DNA of 24,000 nucleotides from Actinosynnema sp. NPDC091369. Lineage in GTDB: Bacteria > Actinomycetota > Actinomycetes > Mycobacteriales > Pseudonocardiaceae. Within the stretch, counting starts at the first letter, position 1; the number at the start of each line of letters is the position of its first letter. The DNA is taken from NCBI GenBank assembly GCA_044757065.1, contig JBIVUG010000002.1; one strand, written 5' to 3'. A program made the position numbers and the translations under genes. This document shows positions 18,046 to 24,000 of this stretch, piece after piece. The notes under the pieces were generated by a model. The model was not told the DNA's origin, did no database searches, and saw only the letters and a program-made list of their open reading frames with translations.

Positions 18046-18115
18046 ACCGTGAATGTGCCGATCGACTACGGAACGTAGCCTGATCGTCGCAACCCAATCA
18101 ACTCGGCGCTCCGCA

Positions 18116-18132
18116 GTTCGCTAGTGGCGAAC
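18116..18132. promoter_or_regulatory. ClgR-type operator palindrome upstream of clpP
   Basis: GTTCGC-TAGTG-GCGAAC is a perfect inverted repeat fitting the actinobacterial ClgR motif (GTTCGC-N5-GCG / TTCGC-N5-GCGAA). It abuts the methyltransferase stop codon. It sits 14 nt upstream of a possible -35 TTGATT (18101-18096), followed by an 18-nt spacer and a -10 TACGTT (18077-18072), all on the minus strand. Confidence 0.7.
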
Positions 18133-21331
<3,199 letters not shown>

Positions 21332-21334
21332 GGC

Positions 21335-21757
21335 TCAGCCCTGCACGATCGCCGCGGCGGCGTCGGCCCCGCCGAGCGCTTCCATGTGCTTCACCGGGTT
21401 CCAGAAGTCCCGGTAGAGCGTGATGTGCTCGCCGTCGGTGTGCAGGACCGAGATGTAGTCCTGGTCCAGCTTGAGGCCCGACGCGGTGGCGGTGCCGTCG
21501 CCGTGGAACTCGCCGATGGCCAGGTTCTCGTCGGCGGTCGGGTAGAAGGTCACCTCGCCGAACTTCACGGTCAGGTGCTCGGGGAACTTCTGCATGTGCT
21601 GCCAGATGGCCTCGCGGCCCTCGAAGCGGTTGGGCCAGCCGGGCGGCGCGTAGGGGAACTCCAGCACGCCGTCGGGGTGGAACAGGTCGCACCAGCCGCG
21701 GGCGTCGCCGTTCTCCAGCAACTCCAGGCTGCGGGTCAGGATCTCCTGGGCGTTCAT
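21335..21757 (-). CDS. NTF2-like / SnoaL-like small protein (possible cyclase, isomerase or epoxide-hydrolase fold)
   Basis: This is the real part of track ORF 21335-22474: MNAQEILTRSLELLENGDARGWCDLFHPDGVLEFPYAP...ITLYRDFWNP, 140 aa. Its ATG (21757) overlaps the P450 stop as ATGA. Confidence 0.7.
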   Translation of the reverse strand: MNAQEILTRSLELLENGDARGWCDLFHPDGVLEFPYAPPGWPNRFEGREAIWQHMQKFPEHLTVKFGEVTFYPTADENLAIGEFHGDGTATASGLKLDQDYISVLHTDGEHITLYRDFWNPVKHMEALGGADAAAAIVQG

Positions 21758-22977
21758 GCGGACGTCCTTCCGGTGAGCACGGGCTGGGGGATGACGGGCA
21801 CGCTGATCAGGGCGCGCAGGAACGTGATCGGCAGCCAGACCAGCTCGCCGTGCGGCACGGCCAAGCGCAGGTCCGGGAAGCGGGTGAGCAGCTTGCCGAT
21901 CGCGACGCGGGCCTCCAGCCGGGCCAGCGGCGCGCCGACGCAGTAGTGCACGCCGTGGCCGTAGCCGAGGTGCCCGTCTGCCTTGCGGGTGAGGTCGAGC
22001 CGGTCCGGGTCGGCGAACCGCTCGGGGTCGTGGTTGGCGGTGAGGTTGGAGACCAGCACGTACTCCCCCGCCGGGATGGTCACGTCGCCGAGGTCGACGT
22101 CCTCGACGGTGAACCGGAGCATCGACGCGCGGACGGCGCTGTCGTAGCGGACCAGCTCCTCCAGCGCGTTCGGCAGCAGGTCCGGGTCCTCCCGCAGCGA
22201 CGCGGCCTGCTCGGGGTGCAGGAGGAGCGTGACGACCGCGTTGCCGATCATGTTCATGGTCGTCTCGAAGCCGGCCATCAACAACAGGTGGGACATGGCC
22301 ACGAGCTCGTCCGCGGAAAGCCCGTCCTCGTCCGCGGCCTGCACGAGCGCGCTGTAGACGTCGTCGGCCGGGTCGCGGCGCTTGGCCTCCAGCAGGCCGC
22401 GCAGGTAGTCGGCCTGCTCCTCGGCCAGCGCCTCGGCGGCCTCGGGCGACAGCAGCTCCGCCTGCCGCTCCCACGCACCGCGCACGTGGTCGCGTTCGGC
22501 GGTCGGCACGCCCAGCAGCTCGCAGATCACGCCGATGGTCAGCGGCACGGCGAAGTCGCCCATCAGGTCGACCTGCTCGCGCGCGGCCATCGCGTCCAGC
22601 AGCTCGTCGGTCAGCTGCTCGATGTGCGGGCGCAGCCGCTCGACCCGCCGGCTGGTGAACGCGCGGCCGACCAGGGCCCGCAGCCGGGTGTGGTCGGGCG
22701 GGTCGGCGTTGAGCATGTGCGCGGTCAGGGAGGCGCCGATGGCCTCCCGCCGCTCCCCCGTGCGCCGGGCGTACAGCTCGGCCGCCTGCTTCGCGTCACG
22801 CCGCACGCCGGGGTGCGAGAGCACCTTCTTGGCGTCGGCGTACCGGGTCACCACCCACACCGGGTGGTCGGGCGCGAGGTGGGCGGGCCGGGGCGCGCCG
22901 TCGACCTGGAGGCCGTCGTAGAGCGGGTGCAGCGGCGAGATCAGCTCCTCGCCGAGGCGGAGTTCAGGACCCGACAC
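21754..22977 (-). CDS. Cytochrome P450 monooxygenase
   Basis: 407 aa with the I-helix LLLMAGFETT, the ExxR motif ELVRYDSAVR and the heme loop GYGHGVHYCVGAPLARLE. A GTG start overlaps the SDR 3' end by 14 nt. Confidence 0.95.
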   Translation of the reverse strand: MSGPELRLGEELISPLHPLYDGLQVDGAPRPAHLAPDHPVWVVTRYADAKKVLSHPGVRRDAKQAAELYARRTGERREAIGASLTAHMLNADPPDHTRLRALVGRAFTSRRVERLRPHIEQLTDELLDAMAAREQVDLMGDFAVPLTIGVICELLGVPTAERDHVRGAWERQAELLSPEAAEALAEEQADYLRGLLEAKRRDPADDVYSALVQAADEDGLSADELVAMSHLLLMAGFETTMNMIGNAVVTLLLHPEQAASLREDPDLLPNALEELVRYDSAVRASMLRFTVEDVDLGDVTIPAGEYVLVSNLTANHDPERFADPDRLDLTRKADGHLGYGHGVHYCVGAPLARLEARVAIGKLLTRFPDLRLAVPHGELVWLPITFLRALISVPVIPQPVLTGRTSA

Positions 22978-23881
22978 GGTGCGCCTCCTGGTCGGCGGGC
23001 AGCGGGGTGACGATCTTGCGGAACATCGAGTCCACGGCGGTGTCGGGCAGCACCCGCGCCAGGAAGCTGCCGCGCCGCACGTCCGTGCCGATGCGGTAGC
23101 GGGTCTTGGGCTTGGCCGAGGTGAGCGCCGAGTCGATGGCGGCGGCCACCTCGGCGGGCCGGGTCTTGCTGTCCTTGGCGGCCTGCTCGTTGAACTGGAG
23201 GAACCGCAGGAACGTGGCCCGGTAGAGGTCGGCGACGCGGGCCGGCGCGGCGGACAGCGCGTCGTGGCCCTCCTGGGCGATCTTGCCCCAGATCGGGGTC
23301 CAGATCGCGCCGGGGCTGACCACGGACACCGACACGCCCATCGGGGCCAGCTCGCGGCGCAGCGCGTCGCTCATGCCCTCCTTGGCGAACTGGGCCGCCG
23401 AGTACGGCCCCAGGTACGGGATGGCGACCGTGCCCAGCCCCGAGGTCACGTTGACCAGCCGGCCGCGGGCGGTGCGCAGCTGCGGCAGGAACGCCTGCGT
23501 GACCGCGAGCTGGCCGACCACGTTGACCTCGAGCTGGCGGCGCAGCACGTCGGTGGGCACGACCTCCAGCGGCGCGGAGACGCAGATGCCCGCGTTGTTG
23601 ACCAGGCCCCACAGGCCGCGTCCGCCGACCTTGGCGGCCACCTCCTCGGCCGCGGCGGCGATGGACGCCTCGTCGGTCACGTCGAGCACCACGTGCTCGA
23701 CCCGCCCCGACGGGCAGTCGGCGGCGAGCCGGTCGCCGTCCTCGGTCTTGCGCACCGCGCCCAGGACCCGGAAGCCCCGCTCGGCCAGGTGCAGCGCGGT
23801 CTCCCGGCCCAGGCCGGTCGACGCGCCGGTGATCAGCACGGTCTTGCCGCTCGGCGGCAGTGCCTTGGCGGTGAACACCAT
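22964..23881 (-). CDS. Short-chain dehydrogenase/reductase with an atypical active-site motif (YxxxQ)
   Basis: 305 aa with the cofactor motif VLITGASTGLG, then NNAG, and the active-site region TSGLG...GPYSAAQFAKEG. A strong GAGGAG SD precedes the ATG at 23881. Confidence 0.88.
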   Translation of the reverse strand: MVFTAKALPPSGKTVLITGASTGLGRETALHLAERGFRVLGAVRKTEDGDRLAADCPSGRVEHVVLDVTDEASIAAAAEEVAAKVGGRGLWGLVNNAGICVSAPLEVVPTDVLRRQLEVNVVGQLAVTQAFLPQLRTARGRLVNVTSGLGTVAIPYLGPYSAAQFAKEGMSDALRRELAPMGVSVSVVSPGAIWTPIWGKIAQEGHDALSAAPARVADLYRATFLRFLQFNEQAAKDSKTRPAEVAAAIDSALTSAKPKTRYRIGTDVRRGSFLARVLPDTAVDSMFRKIVTPLPADQEAHRVGS

Positions 23882-23888
23882 GTACTCC

Positions 23889-24000
23889 TCACGCGCCCGC
23901 GGGCGAACTCTGGGTGATCTCCGACAGCAGGGTGTCCAGCGAGTCGTCCGCCATCCGCCGCGCGCGCTCGTCCGGCACCGCGTCGGCGATGTAGGTGAAG
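23889..24000 (-). CDS. 3' end of an upstream gene of unknown function; 5' part lies outside the window
   Basis: The minus-frame translation ...FTYIADAVPDERARRMADDSLDTLLSEITQSSPAGA* has high GC3. The TGA at 23891-23889 lies inside the SDR ribosome-binding region. Confidence 0.55.
   Translation of the reverse strand, partial: FTYIADAVPDERARRMADDSLDTLLSEITQSSPAGA

Noticed and set aside
21335-22474. 379-aa version of the NTF2-like ORF, and plus-strand ORFs 21850-23010 and 22979-23917
   Set aside because: The upstream 239 aa overlap the P450 gene out of frame. The plus-strand ORFs are antisense shadows of the P450 and SDR genes.

Overview
Very GC-rich, strongly GC3-biased actinomycete-type DNA. 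Most long ORFs in the supplied track are frame-shadow artefacts, and real genes were picked by motif content and third-position GC. The window has three blocks. (i) 1-14913 is an iron-regulated NRPS siderophore locus. It holds a more than 2950-aa minus-strand NRPS that is absent from the ORF track because it has no stop inside the window. Its domain order is C(DhbF/EntF-like)-A-T-C-A(Ser)-T-C-A(N5-hydroxyornithine)-T. Upstream on the same strand are a siderophore-binding lipoprotein and an ornithine N5-monooxygenase. Divergent from these is a pair of fused permease/ATPase ABC genes. Three IdeR/DmdR-like iron boxes lie in the two promoter regions. (ii) 14914-16213 is a short junction or scar. 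It contains an orphan small protein with a deaminase-fold-like PCxxC signature, an internally truncated histidine-kinase fragment, an unlisted 49-aa membrane-protein ORF and two hairpin terminators. (iii) 16214-24000 is a co-directional minus-strand biosynthetic operon: partial unknown gene, SDR, P450, NTF2-like, KASIII, ACP, acyl-CoA dehydrogenase, methyltransferase. It is followed by a lone ClpP1-type protease gene with a perfect ClgR-type operator, then an MFS pump and a terminator. The most interesting hypothesis is that block (iii) is an undescribed small-molecule cluster carrying a duplicated ClpP as target-type self-resistance. No rRNA, tRNA, CRISPR array or transposase was seen.
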